Source: Lingula anatina
Taxonomy: Eukaryota > Animalia > Brachiopoda
Direction of reading: 5' to 3'
NCBI GenBank assembly: GCA_051362555.1
Contig: CM120645.1
Span: 14,198,001 to 14,262,000 of the forward strand
Length of the DNA stretch: 64,000 nt
In this document: positions 38,438-53,027 of the stretch, one piece after another
Layout of the letters: each line of letters begins with the position of its first letter
How positions within the stretch are numbered: the first letter of the stretch is position 1
Program-made: the position numbers and the translations under genes
The notes under the pieces: model-generated
Databases searched by the model: none
Told to the model about the DNA's origin: nothing
The model's input: the letters and a program-made list of their open reading frames with translations, nothing else

Positions 38438-38778
38438 AGACTGGGTTCCCATGCCCAGATCGATCCAGCTGGATCGGTCTTACTCCCTGGGGAGTCTAAC
38501 AGCTTTACGGGGCGTGACAGTGACAGTGCACGCCCTAGTAACAGAAATAAATGTCCGCAATTTAGATCTCATTCCCAGAGATTAGATCGACCCAACTAAA
38601 TCGACCTAACTCCTTGGGGTATCATGCTAAATAGCTGTCTGTTGAGCGGGCACTACAATTATTTACCCCCTCACAGCTTGTAGTAGACGGGACAGACATT
38701 TAAGCTGGATTATCTGACAGTAATCTAGCGAGACTCCCTACGGGAATAGATTGATATAAAATCTATGGGAAAGCGCCC
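38438..38778 (+). mobile_element. MITE family member (same family as 30310-30556)
   Basis: Shared AGACTGGGTTCCCAT start and internal GACCTAACTCC...GCTAAAT motifs; partial internal duplication. Confidence 0.65.
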
Positions 38779-39889
38779 TTAGTTGGAATGGTCCCTTAGC
38801 TGCACAAATTAGTGTATAAGGGACCCTGTCGCATGTTTCAGTCGTAACACTGCGATTGGCAATTCAGTAACTTGTCGAGATCAGTATATAGAGAGAAAAT
38901 CATGCTTTAACTATCAATGAATCTTTCTAATTATTTTTATCATTATCTTTATGCACAATTCCCTACTAATAATAGTTCAACTGAAATGTACATGGGGATG
39001 ACATTGAACAATGGCGCTTGAAGGGTAATAGCAGTTTATTACTTTTAATTTGTGAAAGGTCTTCTATAAAAAATAATTATTTCACTTACCATGGGCTGTT
39101 TTCTCACAGAGAAATACTTATGTGCAGAGCACTACCAAGGCAGGCAGTCAAAATAAAATTTTCTCAAGCCACATATCATGGCGCCTGACAAGAAGATCCC
39201 ATTTCAATACCTAGATCGATTTAGCAGGATCGATCCATCTACGAGGGGATTCCCGCTAAATTGCGTCCAGATTAAAGCGGCTTAGATCTGGCACGCCTAC
39301 TGAAGCTGCCAAACGTTAGTTAGTTAACCCCTATAGCAGCTACAGTAGGCGTTCCAGACATCGGAGCCGCTTAAGTTGAATGTAATTTAGCGAGAAACCT
39401 TACGGAGATGGTTCGATTCTGCTAGATCGCTTTTGGTATGACAATGGGGTCTAAGACTCGCCTACCTTTACCAGCAGTGTGGAGACAGCGGGAGATGAAA
39501 TGCAATTACTTTTCTTTTTGCCCGCATCATTTTCCAAAAAAAAGAAAAAAGAAAAGAAACCTCTTTAATTATCGATTGTCGTCGACAGTTTGAATTATTT
39601 GAACTATGACATCTCTTTCAGCCGTATGTCAAATTACAATTCGGAAAATTATTGGTTAAAATTTGCATTAAGCGCACGTGGCAAATTCTGGAAACAGTTC
39701 AACTCCTCCTCTCTCTATTTCTTCCTACATCTGCATCGTGACTTTTACGTCGCAACAACACATATAACAGCTACTTAAAAAAATGCAACGAATATGTAAC
39801 GGAGCTCAGTAAGCGAGTCGCTCATTTCTTAAGAACTCCACGATTATCAAGTTCACGGCCTGAGCTTATTTCTTGAAATTGTTGTTGCC

Positions 39890-40067
39890 ATGTCGCCACG
39901 ACAAGGGTTCCTTCTAGCTGCGATCATACTGCAATTTGCCTTGGCCTCTGCCATTGAATTCGACGATTTGCCAACACCTGACCCAGTACCTGACCCAAAT
40001 CCGCCGAACCCACCGGATCCATGTGCTAGTAAGTATATGTGAAGTAGATTACAGATATTTGTGGAAA

Positions 40068-40104
<37 letters not shown>

Positions 40105-42351
40105 AAGTAGGCCCAATCTCAGATACATCTGAGAGCTCTCTTTATCATACATGAATCATAGTCTATCATTTCACAATGCAATATGAAATAATAAGTCGAC
40201 AACAACACTATAACCGACCCCGATACTTTGGCAAATCATAACGAGAGTAGAGATAAGGGATCTCAGATTTCCGATTACAATTTCGTTCAAGAAACCTGTC
40301 ATCTTTCTGTCTATTTGATCTCATGTATGTCACATTCAGTGTAAGACGAACAGTTGTAACTTGTACGTACCGCTCATATATCTATTTTACCTACGACTGT
40401 TTATCTATTTATTTATTTTTATCAACGTAAATTAATTTACTTGTCTACTTATTTTAAACCAGGTGAGTTAGGTCAGTGTACCTGCGGCGGGAAAGGAGAG
40501 CCGCATTTTATCACATGCGATGGAAGGAAGTTCCCCTATCCTGCCCCTACAGGTAGAATTGGAAATTTGGCGTCCGGCAAGAATAATTGGTGGTACGTGT
40601 GGACCAAGCATGCCCTTTACGAGGGAGGACCACGTACATACATCAGTGCAGTTAGGTTTCGGTGTGGCGCCAATAAAGTAGACTTTAACTTTAACCCCCC
40701 TGGAAACTCAGACGCTCCTGAAACGAAGGTAAGTCGACATTGGCATAATCACTAAGGACCGCCGGATTCTTTTAATGTATGATTAGTTAAAAAAATAAAT
40801 TGACTGAAATTTATCTTTTTTAATTTTTTTATTTGTAACCAAATGTCTTTTAGTCTATATTCTTCTGCCATAACCGAATCGCTTACTTTTCCTCTTTCTC
40901 AACACTTTGAGGGTCTTAAGAATGATAAACCAATCTGCAAAATCAACATCATTTATCAAATTACACCATTTGTTATCAGAAGATTATGAGAAGGAGGGCA
41001 AAATATCCTCAAATTCTGGATCCTCCAGTGGCTTAATTAATGCAGTTCATGGAAGAAGTGAGGAGAAACTTTTGTGTTAAAAAGCAAACCCACTACCGGT
41101 ACTAGGGCCCGATTAATGTATAAGAGCGCATTCAGAACAGATGATCCGCGTGCTTTCTGATACGCCAACTAAACATGGCCGGCCCCACTTAAAAGCAATC
41201 CGCCTAAATCCCCTGATGGTCTCATCGCCTAATCACGCGCCATAAAACGGACCAAATTGCTAGGCCCCTGCAGTGAAGACGCGTGTGGATGCAGGGAGAG
41301 CATCATTGGATTAGCGGCATCACTTTTAAGTGGGTCAACCATATTTAGTCCAAGGATGCTCAGTGACTAAATTAATTATCATTTATACATATGTAATCTG
41401 ACGGGTGACATCATAATCTCGATTTTGGGGTAAAAACTGAAAAATCGGTGTCATAAATTTTTCTTTTACATGAGCACCCACAATCACCGTTTCAACGCCG
41501 ATTTAATGGCACTATTTAGTACTCCATTTTTATTCTTTAAAATCAGCACAAAGATAGATGCATTATTGAATAAATTTAATTATTTAAAAATGCAGGAAAA
41601 AACTCATTTTTGGGTATCTGGATGATAATAAATGGTTACATTGTCCTTAAATAGATGGCTAATCTTTTTAGGCCTACTGTGAGCAAAAAAAGTCCACAAG
41701 ACTATAACTGCGGCCATGGAAGAGAGTTCGTTTACAGCAGCATTTTTATTTAATTTTTTCTGAAGGAAGTGTTGTTTGCCACAAAAAAGATCTGTTAACT
41801 GGTCAGGTATGGAGTGACCATGGTGCCAGGAGTGGTTAGAACACCAAAAGAACCAAATTTGTCCTGCCCCTGCTCTCCCAACATCTCATCCAACGATGAC
41901 ACCATCCATAAAACATGCACTTCTTTAATATCTTTATACTGCCATTGCAAAACAAGTCCATTCCTAAAACATGCACTTCTCTAATATTTTTATACCTCCA
42001 TTGCAGATCGATGGCGATCCTGTAATGTACCCTCCTGCGTGGAACAATAAACTGCCTCCTGGTGCAACCGGGGCAATTTCTGCAGGAAGCCCTCAAGTAG
42101 AGGTGGTCCAGAAAATCTTCCCCAGCATTCCCGGTGGCGACAAACCGAGGACTTATGTGGCCGCTCACTGCACTATTGCTGCGGGTATCAAGGTCTCCGT
42201 GTTTGTTCGCCTTCGCACCGTGGTTGTCCAGATACATCAGAATTATTGCAAGAACATGAATGGAATATGCGGTGATTATAACGGAAAAGCTAATAACGAT
42301 GTAACCGACCTCACAAATGTGCCTCCATGGGCTCCTCTGCTCATGCCCTAG
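39890..42351 (+). CDS. VWD-domain secreted protein, copy C: exons 39890-40028, 40463-40728, 42007-42351 (~250 aa)
   Basis: Signal peptide plus Pro/Asp-rich linker; CTCGGKGEPHFITCDG and GICGDYNG motifs; GT-AG junctions in frame. Confidence 0.9.
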
Positions 42352-43173
42352 AACCAGAGCCAGCCGGTCAAGGGATAGAGGTATTGGTCTTCGGATAATT
42401 GTTACTTTCACTTTTTAATGCATGTTTGTTTATATGCAATTACAATAATATATTGATTTTCATTGTTTTTTTTAAATTTTGACATTTACTTAGACACTTT
42501 TGTTGATAGGTCTGATTTTTCGTTATACTGTACCAATATTTCTCTTGCATGTTTATGCAAATACTTTATCTTTGGTAAATTAGTAATAACGCATAAAGTG
42601 CGAACAAAAAATGTTTAACATAATCTTATATAGAACCCCAAATATTTCAGAATTGGAGACGACGGATCATACAATTACGGATGAAAAAAACACGTGGGGC
42701 TTTACTGCAGCATCTTCGCGTTATCACTGGAATTTTTCGTGCACAAGATTCAAAAACTTTTGATTGTTTGACACATTATTATCCAACCAGAAATGAAGGT
42801 TTAAATTGCTTTTAACTCTCGAAATAAGACATATACAGGGTATATTTTATCTATTTGGTATTATTTTTATTGTCGTTATTAAGGCGGTGTTATATAATAT
42901 AATATGATAACCAGTGGGTTTGCAAACAAAGTGACACGTTACTGTGGAGAAGCACCCGGCGACACGATTCATTTAACTCCACTTGCATACAGACACAATC
43001 AAAGCTATCTTGCAAACACAAACATACGACAACAGGAAAATGCTCGACTATCGCATTTCTTTGCTTTGTTTCAATCTGTTAAAATTATGAATAAATGCTG
43101 CGAAATTTGATTTGTTGTTGTTGTTGTTGTTGTTGTACTATCTTAAGAAATTGTTACTCGTAAAAGGTGAATT

Positions 43174-43206
<33 letters not shown>

Positions 43207-45309
43207 ATTTAGTAATATCGCACAAATTAAAACACTAGTACACAATTTAAATGGTCGTGTTATGTGCTTTTTCATTACATCATACGATCAAATAGCTGGC
43301 AAAAATATACTTAAATAATATGTATAAAAGAAATTATTGTTAAACTGTCTTGAGAAACGAATACCCGCAAAAGATGAAATACCTCTTTCTCTCTCTCGCT
43401 CTCTCTGGAAACTAATATGCCCCAAATTAAAACACCAGTATGTTATAACAGAGGTCGTTCTTTGTGTTTTTATATTCACCAAACGAACAAGTGATAAGCG
43501 GGCAATACATAATTTAATAATCTTACAGAAGAGAAATTGCTGAATGTTCGGGGTCACATTTGTATTAAAGTGAAACGTATCTCCTCTTCTACTCTCTAAT
43601 AGAGACTGTCTCTCTGGTGATGAAGTACAAATCAGAGGCGGATTTAGAGCGGAGGGGGGGGGGTGTCAGGAACCATTTAACTGCATTTTCTGCTTTGACC
43701 CGCTCGTATAACAAAATAATAGTTGATATAAATATGCAATGAATGCATCTCTCAAGCATTCAGACAGTTTTAATTATAGTAATGCTGAGAAAAATCTACT
43801 TTTGTAGTTTCATAATTTCGCTATATCAGGTAAATCCATAAATAGAATCACAAAATTGCCACATCTTACATTTTTCTCAATATTATATGAAATCACTGCA
43901 TTCTTAGGTAAAATTCATATTACATTATAATACATCGACCAACTTCAGACTACGGTTGGACCTTGGGCACTTGCCTTGGGCTTTCAGTGTCATTTCAGAT
44001 TTATGGTCTCCATAATATTATTCAGTAAGTACAAGAACGCATAAAATTGTTATGTATGCTGAAGGATATTCTTTGTTGATGTTGCAACATTGTTCACGTC
44101 CCTTCAGGCAAGATTCAGAATGGTGAATCAAAATAACATTTAAAAATAAAGAAGTGAACCTAATGATTTTTTATGGAATTTTATTTTCACCGCCACATGT
44201 AGCACGTACCATACATATCCTTTGCTTGACACTATTTAATTATTTACATTGCTGCTACTGTCAACTACTGTAATATTTCTCTACACTCATATCTGCAGCA
44301 TATGTACACGTTACCCACTTACATCTGCACTGTATTGCACTTGACACAATAAGGAACATTTCAGTCTTACAATGAAATGGACACGTTTAACTAATAAAAA
44401 AAAAAAAAGAAAAACAACTTTAAGGTGGCTCCGTAGGAAACCTGAATCGATATCCATGGACAGGGCAGGTCATTTTCTAACTGATGCCGTTCTGCGTGAA
44501 GTTATTCCCAGCCCAAACCAGGTTGGAAGATGAAGGTGTAATGGACAGTACAAATCAGCAGTTGGTTTCTAAATAGTAGCAAAAGCTTCCATCAAGCAAA
44601 ATGTAACATCACCTCTTAAAAATGTACAAAAGTTAGCATGGTGTACCAAAAGACTCTTCATATTCTCAAAAAGATTTCAGCTGGGATTATTAGACAAGGT
44701 GCACTTCCAAAAAGTCCCATGAAATTCTGAGCATTTACACACAACTAAACCTTAATAAGTTCTTCAACAATTCTTGAAATGAATTAGAGATTTATTAATA
44801 TGATATATTAGTAACTGGAATGGTCTTTTGAAAGAGGCAATACTTACTGGCATGGGAAAATTGGTGGTCCATAAAAAACGACCAATTTTACTTTCCATCT
44901 ATATTCAAAATAGGTTATAGTTCATGGACCACCCTATAGTTTAAATTCACACATTTACACCTGTACATTAAATTGAATTCACATTATCAAGTTATACAGA
45001 GCACTAAGTAAAGTGCAGTAAGCAACATAATAGCTAATCTAGATTGTTTGAAAATGACATGTTGACTTTCTATACTGAGCATTGTCTATCAGACCTACTT
45101 AACAGTACCAGCGGACAAACAAATAGATAATAATTTACAGTCTTCTAGTATTTCTATACATCAACAACATTGTTTCTGTCCTTACTGAACAACACATTCC
45201 CTTTTGAATAATTTACAATTCTACATAAACCAACTGTTCTATCCTCTCAAAACTAACAAAACATACAAGAGCTCTCAGCAATATTTGATTGATACACAGA
45301 TGTTCAATA

Positions 45310-45562
45310 CTATTCTGAAACATTCACAGTGATTCCTTTTCCCTTGGGATCATCAAACCTGTCCATGGTCTTAATGTTCACCATCATGCTGATCCCCCAG
45401 GTGAGAATGAGTAGAAGGATCAGAGTGACCATGAGTCCAGATAAAGTCCCTATGGTGAAGAAGCCGACACAGTCGCTGGCATCTAAGAACTTATCACTGG
45501 ACCCAAATGGTTGGATCTAAAAAGAAAACCATTCAACATGTTTTACCCTCTTTAATAATAGC

Positions 45563-45598
<36 letters not shown>

Positions 45599-48500
45599 AG
45601 TAATTTTGAAAAAAGAAACAGGGAAAACAGGATTCTATGGTGTAATCTAGCTCCACCTTCATTAATTTTCATGTGGCTAAATAGGATTCTGCCATGGTCA
45701 TACTTATCCAACCCTTTCTTGCAGTACAATTTGTTTTCCTAGCTATTTTGACCAATTTAGTCCACTTTAACATATTGATCCACCTTAAGCCAAGTAGACC
45801 ATTTTCTTCTTTTGTGCCAATATTCAAAATATGATTATTTCATTTTATATCTCCAACTTTCCTAATTCATTTCCAATTCAATTTAACATTTTCCACTCCA
45901 CAATTAACCTTTTTCATCTTTTGCGGAAATACGAAGTGCGCATGACAGGAACCGCGCGCCACAGGGGTCATGGTGGTCCTCTGCTGTTTCCAGCATGGCA
46001 ATGCTAGGTGTAGATGATGTACAAGGTGCGCATATAAAAAGGTCGTATGAAGCGTGCATTGCTTTCTGTCAAACTAAAAAGGTGGCTGAAGCACAGAAAT
46101 GGGTAAACTGTAGGAAAGAACCAGCTACTGCAGTATTTGGACGGAGAATAAAGCAATTAAATATTTTCTTTCTCAGTTTAAATACGATGCGCTTTTCAAC
46201 TAGACTTCACCTAAGCGTCCGAGCCTTGGCTACACTTTCAATAGTGATGACGAACTAAAGCTACGGAGTTCTTTTAAATGCTTCCGATAATAAAGATATG
46301 CGAAAGAGACTCGTTATTTTTTTATATATAAAATCAAAATAGCCAGTAGACTCGTACACAGCTTTCAAGAGTGTGGACAGGTGCGCAGGCCTACGTCTTC
46401 ACAATTTTGTACATGTTGTATGCAAGCTGTGGCGATATCACCTCATGTACCGGCAGTGTCAATTCATTACGATATTGATGTCTTGTTTGAAGGATATCTT
46501 AAGAGATTTTTAAAGTGATAAAATGAAAAGATTTCCTGCATTGTTTGACTCGTAACTACTGTGTATACAGGTAAAACTGACACGCAGATCGTTCGTCGGT
46601 GAACTGATTAAATCGTTTGGTACCTGATAAGGCATCAGGTGTTACTTGTTCAATTGTTCGGTAAGGCGGGCGGCCACAACTACGACCTTTCCTCTGTAAT
46701 TAAAACCTTTTAAGTGTTAAATAGGTGAGACAGGAATTCTCGACTCTTTCCCAGACGATAATTAAAGTTTACCGTGTCTTACTCTAGTATATGTACAAAA
46801 TTTACGACAGGTAAAAAATGTCAGCCTTTCGGTCTGACAAGTATGAAAATTTTGTCAATCTGAAACAAAAACAAAATTATAGCAAGAGCCCAAATTATTT
46901 GATTTTTAAACGTTTTTATGCGTATTTTCATCGTTTTCAATCACAGACAATTAAAACATTCAAGTAAAATGTTTCCCACACATTTCATACTTTTCAACTA
47001 TCTAAGACAGTTAAATATACGTAGGCTTACTTTAATACTAAGCATATTTGTATTACTTTACAAATACGTTGTGGGATTATGTTTATTATCCATTTTGTCT
47101 TTACCATACATGCATTATGTACGTGTAGCTTACAGAAAGGCTTTTCTGCATTTTTTGTAAAAAATATGCCCATTGAATTTTCCAATTCTCTTGTCATTGA
47201 GTTCAGAAATAAATAACTTTTTATTTCGCCGATACCGCGTTCAACAAGAGCCGATGTACTTTCTTCTTCGTATGTCTCTGTTGATCTTGATAATATGAGC
47301 CCCGTTTGTACAAATCAGTAATACGTATACGGGACTGAATACATATAATAAAAATTTGATTAACGTCTCACGTTAAAAAAAAATAGAACTCACCCTGCTA
47401 AGGGTTATTAGAGACTAAAACCTGTGATGGGCCTACAACATTTAAAATGATCACTTATCAATAAAACACACACAAAAGGATATTACATACAAAACTTTTC
47501 AAACCTTCTCTTTGTTGTTACACAAAAAGTCGTGAAAGTTCTTGAATTTTTTGTAAGTAGAATCCCCGTGTAAAACTTTAAAGCTTTTACTTTCTTTTCC
47601 ATAATCTCATGCTTGAAGTCTTTTCTTAATTTTTAGGCCCCGGCCTATTCTTCAATTTTTTCTTCAAATCTTTATAATGTTTTTTTTTTCTCGCATTTTT
47701 TACCCCCGAGTTCTATTTACCGACAGTTCGTTATATCCGTTGTTTAACTAAGCATTTCTGTTTTTTATTAAAGCACCGTTGATCTCCTAATATTATAGTT
47801 TTTCTTCCCGCCTTAGAAATGTTCAGCGCAAACGCGGTGCCCTGCTTTTGATCCAAACTTGCTATATTTTCCTTTCTTTCTACCATATTTTTCATTCTAA
47901 CGGGTTTGTTGGGAACTTATTAAACCTCTTGTGTCGATCTCGCTTACTGTTATTGTAGTGACAAAAAGCCCGTAAACCCAGCCATGGTTTTAAGCACCGC
48001 TGTAAGTGTTTCGACGTTGCAGGGCTCCCCTACCCACAATGCAATTTCCATTTCCGGAAAAGATGAAAAAGGCTAATACTGAAGGAGCCTGCACCTGCTG
48101 AAATCACTTGACAGGCACTGCTGGTAGAGGTGATCTAAAAATCTACTGAAACTTACCTGTAAGTTATCAAAGCGAACATCAAGGGCAAGCTCAAAAATGT
48201 TTCCTTTGTACTCAGTCAGATTGGCCTGGGTGTAGTTAGTGGAGTACTTTGAACTGCAGGAATAAGAATATCTGGTGTCCTGTAGATTACTTGGCACGGA
48301 CAAAACCGTCGGGTCATCCTCCGTTATGTTCATGCTGAGGGTGCCGTTTTTGATCTTGTAGGTCAGCTGTAGAGCACTTATGTTCCACACATTTCTTGCT
48401 GTATTGGCAAAAAATTTGAACCTACAAAACAAGATTAAACATATGGTTTCATCTCAACCTATGGTGAATGTTCCATGGCATCGGCCTCAAATTTTTAACC

Positions 48501-51500
48501 ACTGCGCAAATGACTGACAAGTCTAGATTGTCCAGCAAATTCCTATCAGAATATATCTTTGTGCTGGGACCTTGCTGCAATGTTTAATATTTCTACAATT
48601 TAGTTTACAATACATCATCCTTTGAGCATAAAAACCCGCTCTCTGTAATAAACTTCATTTTGTTCATTTCACTTAAAGTATTCATATTTTGTAACTCATT
48701 AAATCATTTTTTTTTTTTTGGTATTGTTTTTAAATAACACTTCACATACTGACTTACTTAATAGTCAAATCTGTCATGGTGTAATCATCAATAGTAATCT
48801 CCCCTGGATAAGTCAATCCAATAACTCTGAAACATTGACAGTAATTATCTTCAGCACTTTTCTGCACATTTATAACAGTAATGGTTAAAAATTCATAAAA
48901 AAAATTAAAACATTTTGCAGTTTAAAAAATTTCGCGTCAGTATGTACTGACTTTGACAGGGAACGTTTTTTTTTTATAAAACAAAGGTAGTCAGTAAACT
49001 GAGGTGAAATGAAAATATGGTATGGCAATTACAGGGGCAGATGTTTTGGATGGTGACAGCAACAGCAACAATATGAGAAAACACAGTGACCTGAATATAT
49101 ACAGACAAATACAGCGTCTGTATATAAAAATCATTTACTTACGATGAGTTCACGGATGCTGACATATTCAAACAACTGGTATCATCAGTAAAAGTCGGGT
49201 TGGGTGGCAACATGTCAGAAGTATTGACGAACGTCTTGATGTCTTTCTCCACAGTTTTATCCATGATGGAACTAACTGTGAAGAGGGAGATGTAGACCCC
49301 CGTGGTGTAGAACAATGAGCAGTTGTTGAAGTTAAGGTATGTTGAAGTGTTTTCATTTGTGGCCAAAAGATGGCGCCCCAGGTGTGGATAGGAGACTGGA
49401 ATCTGAAAATGAGAGACTTCCATGCTTAAATCATAAACTGTAGAATCATTATGTTTGAGTATTTTTGGTGAGATCTACAGGAACTTCTTAGGCATTTTTA
49501 TTTCTTCCCACAATTTTTAAGGAGTACTTTTTTCTTTGATGTTACCTTAGATGTTTCTTCAGCTGTGAAATATGCTGTAAAAGGCACACCGGAATGTTTT
49601 GCTTTAGATGTCAAAGCACCAATCAGATCATCTGAAAAATATATTAGTGAAATATGAGATGGGCTTGGGACAAAACTGTTGTAAGAGAATTTATCAATGG
49701 CTCTAAGAACAAAACATCTCCTTTCTCATAGTTTTATTCTGGATATGGCTCTCAAACATATACATGGAAACAACATCAAAACAATAACCAACTAGGAAGG
49801 ATTTAATCCAACCATTTACATTCATTTTCAAACAAAGTCTCACCATTCTTTCTGAACTGCTTCAACTTCTCCCCTTCTTCTAAAGTCACATCTGGCAAGT
49901 GGACGATAACCAAACCGGGCTTCTCAAAACTCAAAGAGTCAACTTCCTGAGGAGCTGTCACTTCTTGCACGCTGTCCACATACTTCTTTTTCAGTTGCTT
50001 TATGGCAGCGACTGGGCTTTCTACAGAAGACAAGTGGGTGGATGTGTGGCTCTCCATTTGTTCCTACAACAACATGGAGATACTGTAATTTCTTTTAAAA
50101 TTCTTATCAGGGGTGGATGGAAGCCATCCTCTGTATTACGAAAGACGGTCAGAATTTTTCAAGTTAACTGTGACAGGCATCTCATTTTTTTCTGTTAAAA
50201 GACTGTCTAAAATGGAGGGTGGATCAACAGAGATAATAATTTTGGAAGACTGTCACAAAATATCTCTGGATCCTTCCCTGCTAATGCTTTACTTTTTTTA
50301 ATAAAATCCTTTGAAATACTGTAGAAATGATGGCCTTTCTACTGAAGACATATTGATGTATGGCTGTCCACTTGTTCCTACAACCACAACATGGAGACAT
50401 TATTGTAATGACTTTGAAAATTCTTGTTTTAATTTTTTCTAATAAATTTGGTTGGAATTCCAAAGAAATAATAATGTCTTAAGATACCTTTTTTAATATC
50501 AGGGCTAACATTTGTTCTTATATATTGAGGTAGCTGGTTCCATAGCATGGGGGCTGATATGGAAAATGCCCCTTGTCCATAGGTTTTTTTTTCTTGCATA
50601 ACATTATAGCTGACATAATACTTTCTGGGATGAAACCAACCATTTTTTTTTTTTACTCTTAATCAACATTTAAAGTAATATATAATAACAAAACATTTAA
50701 GGAGGGGGCAGGGGGGGAAGAACCAATTTTGTTCAAATGTTGATTTATTACCATGGTTGAAAGTTGGCATATCAAAACATAATGCTCTGAATTTGTCATC
50801 AGTACTGTCAAACACAATGAGATTGCAGATAAGATGTTACCAAACAGGATAATACACAATGCTGCCTATACCATGTATATACACAGAGTGAACAGTATAC
50901 TGTATATATTAGTGACAAACTTACTAACAAATCAAGTCACTGGTTTAACAGAATGAAAATGCAGACATAAAAAGGCAGGAAAAGGGTGCTTAATTTCCCA
51001 ATGGCTTTTTAAGCCCAGGTCCAACAGCGTTATCATTTTACAGATTTTTTTTCTATCTGATTCAGTAATGTTACTGTTGTACAAGAAAACTGACCCAAAA
51101 CCCTTATTCAGCCATTTGTGTAGTACTAAACCAAAGCAAACAGTATCCACAAGTTGACCACAACACATTACCTTGATATTGTGAAGAGCTGCTCCATCTT
51201 CACTGTCACTGTATGCATTGCTGTACTGAGTGAAATCTTCAACACTCAGCTGAAAAAAAGGAGACAATAAGAAATTGCAAAAAACTGAAACATTACTTTT
51301 TTTAAAGAAAAATAGGTCTTAATTTATTATTTCTGTAATTTATAATTAAAATACAGACTTTTCTCTCTTCTTTCTGAAGGCTTACAGCATAAACCATATT
51401 ATCAGAATTGTCATGTGTCTTCTCCATTTCATGATTATTTTTGTATTCTTTTTTAAGCCATATAGCAAGCAATAAACAAGAACTCTTAACCTACATCAAC

Positions 51501-52636
51501 TGGTAAATAAACAACAACACTTACCCTATCTTGCACAAAGACTAATACATGCTGTGCTTTGTTTGATAATAATTTATCAATATAAATATTCTGAAAATCA
51601 GGAGTGCTAATACTATGACCATCTAAAGAGGGAGGCAGGTCTTCGGGCAATCTGGAATATAAAACATGGTAAATAAAATATCTGGGTATCTATTAAAGAT
51701 ATCCACAAAAAAGGATTCTACTTACAGTAATGCAACTCTCTCACTCTGAGACCGAATTTCTTGAACCAATGTGTATGTTTTCAACTAACATCAACAAGAG
51801 TGTCATAGACTGGGTTCCCATACTTAGATCAATCCAACTGGATCGACCTAACTCCCTGGGGGTTCACGCTAAATTGCTGTCAGCTCAAGAGGCTTAAATG
51901 TCTGTCACGCCTACCGAATCAGCTAGGGCTGAAGATAATTACCCCCTAACAGCTTTACTCGGCATGACAGACGCTTAAGCCGGTTAGTTTGATAGCAATT
52001 TAGTGAGACTCCTCAGGGAGATAGATTGATCCAAATATCTGTGGGAATGGTCTCATAGACTCTGGGTGTTGTCATGATTATTATATTTGAATGTTGTGAG
52101 ACAATGGGATATCATAATTAAGTGGCTTATTGCCCATATTTTTTCACTTGAATCATAAGACAAAAAGATACTCAATCTCTCAAACACATTATCAATTTGA
52201 GTGAAATTCAGTGTTGAATTTCAGACATTGGGCAGGACTTTTTATCCAAAGTAAAACCTCAACTGTTTTGGTTTATTTATTCTTTTTTTTCTTTATGATT
52301 TGTTTCAATATCTAAATATATATACAGAGAGGATTTGCGAGTAAGAAGATATCACAAAAGCGTCAGCTCTATAACTGTTGAAGATTTTCATTGCTGACGA
52401 TCAATAATATGATGAGCACAAGCCGTCTCGTGACTACAGTCTACAGAAATGATCACTTTCTAAATTACGCTAAAAATCCTACAGATTGCTCTCAGGTATG
52501 ACAAGCATACTTACAGGCTGTTTGACCATATTAAAACTGGAACTTTGCTCACTGCATCAGAAAATCCTAATGTTAAAGAAAAAACTGAGAAAAACGCTAG
52601 CCGCTGTAAAGAAATCATCTTGGAGGTCAGAATCAT
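45310..52636 (-). CDS. ATP6AP1: V-type proton ATPase subunit S1 (Ac45): exons 52515-52636, 51525-51651, 51172-51249, 49844-50063, 49546-49631, 49143-49402, 48758-48826, 48157-48421, 45310-45516
   Basis: Signal peptide then VPVLIWS; VFVQDRLSVEDF; GRHLL cleavage region; YSYSC; IQPF...DCVGFF, TM, and the diagnostic TMDRFDDPKGK tail; all nine exons join in frame. Confidence 0.95.
45908..48072. mobile_element. Non-autonomous piggyBac-like element in the last ATP6AP1 intron
   Basis: TIR CCTTTTTCATCTTTTGCGGAAAT / ATTTCCGGAAAAGATGAAAAAGG, flanked by TTAA and CTAA; no long ORF. Confidence 0.8.
51807..52053 (+). mobile_element. MITE family member in ATP6AP1 intron 1
   Basis: Highly similar to 30310-30556; CAT(A) on both flanks. 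Confidence 0.75.
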
Positions 52637-53027
52637 GTGACAACCGGTGTTGTGCCAAAATAGGTACGCTGCCAAAATAGGTACGCGCCGCACTATTTGG
52701 CACTATAGCTGCCAAAATAGGTACGCTGCGAAAATTAGTACGTCGTTGACAGCGCCGCACTGACGATCTTTGGGCATGTTTTCTTTTTAGTGAAACTGTA
52801 TGTTTATCGATATGACACTTTACTAAATCAATCACAACGAAGGAAGATAATGTGTAGGTTTATATTTTGAATGATTATATAGTGTCTTTTTCTTAGTAAT
52901 AAGATTTATAATGCAGGAATTGCTTAACCGCATATATCAAGCCTTTGATTCGATCTTCAAGATAAAGGTGGAATTTTTGGTCACCCAAAAGGTAATAAAC
53001 ATAAAATATTGACATGACCTATTGCGG

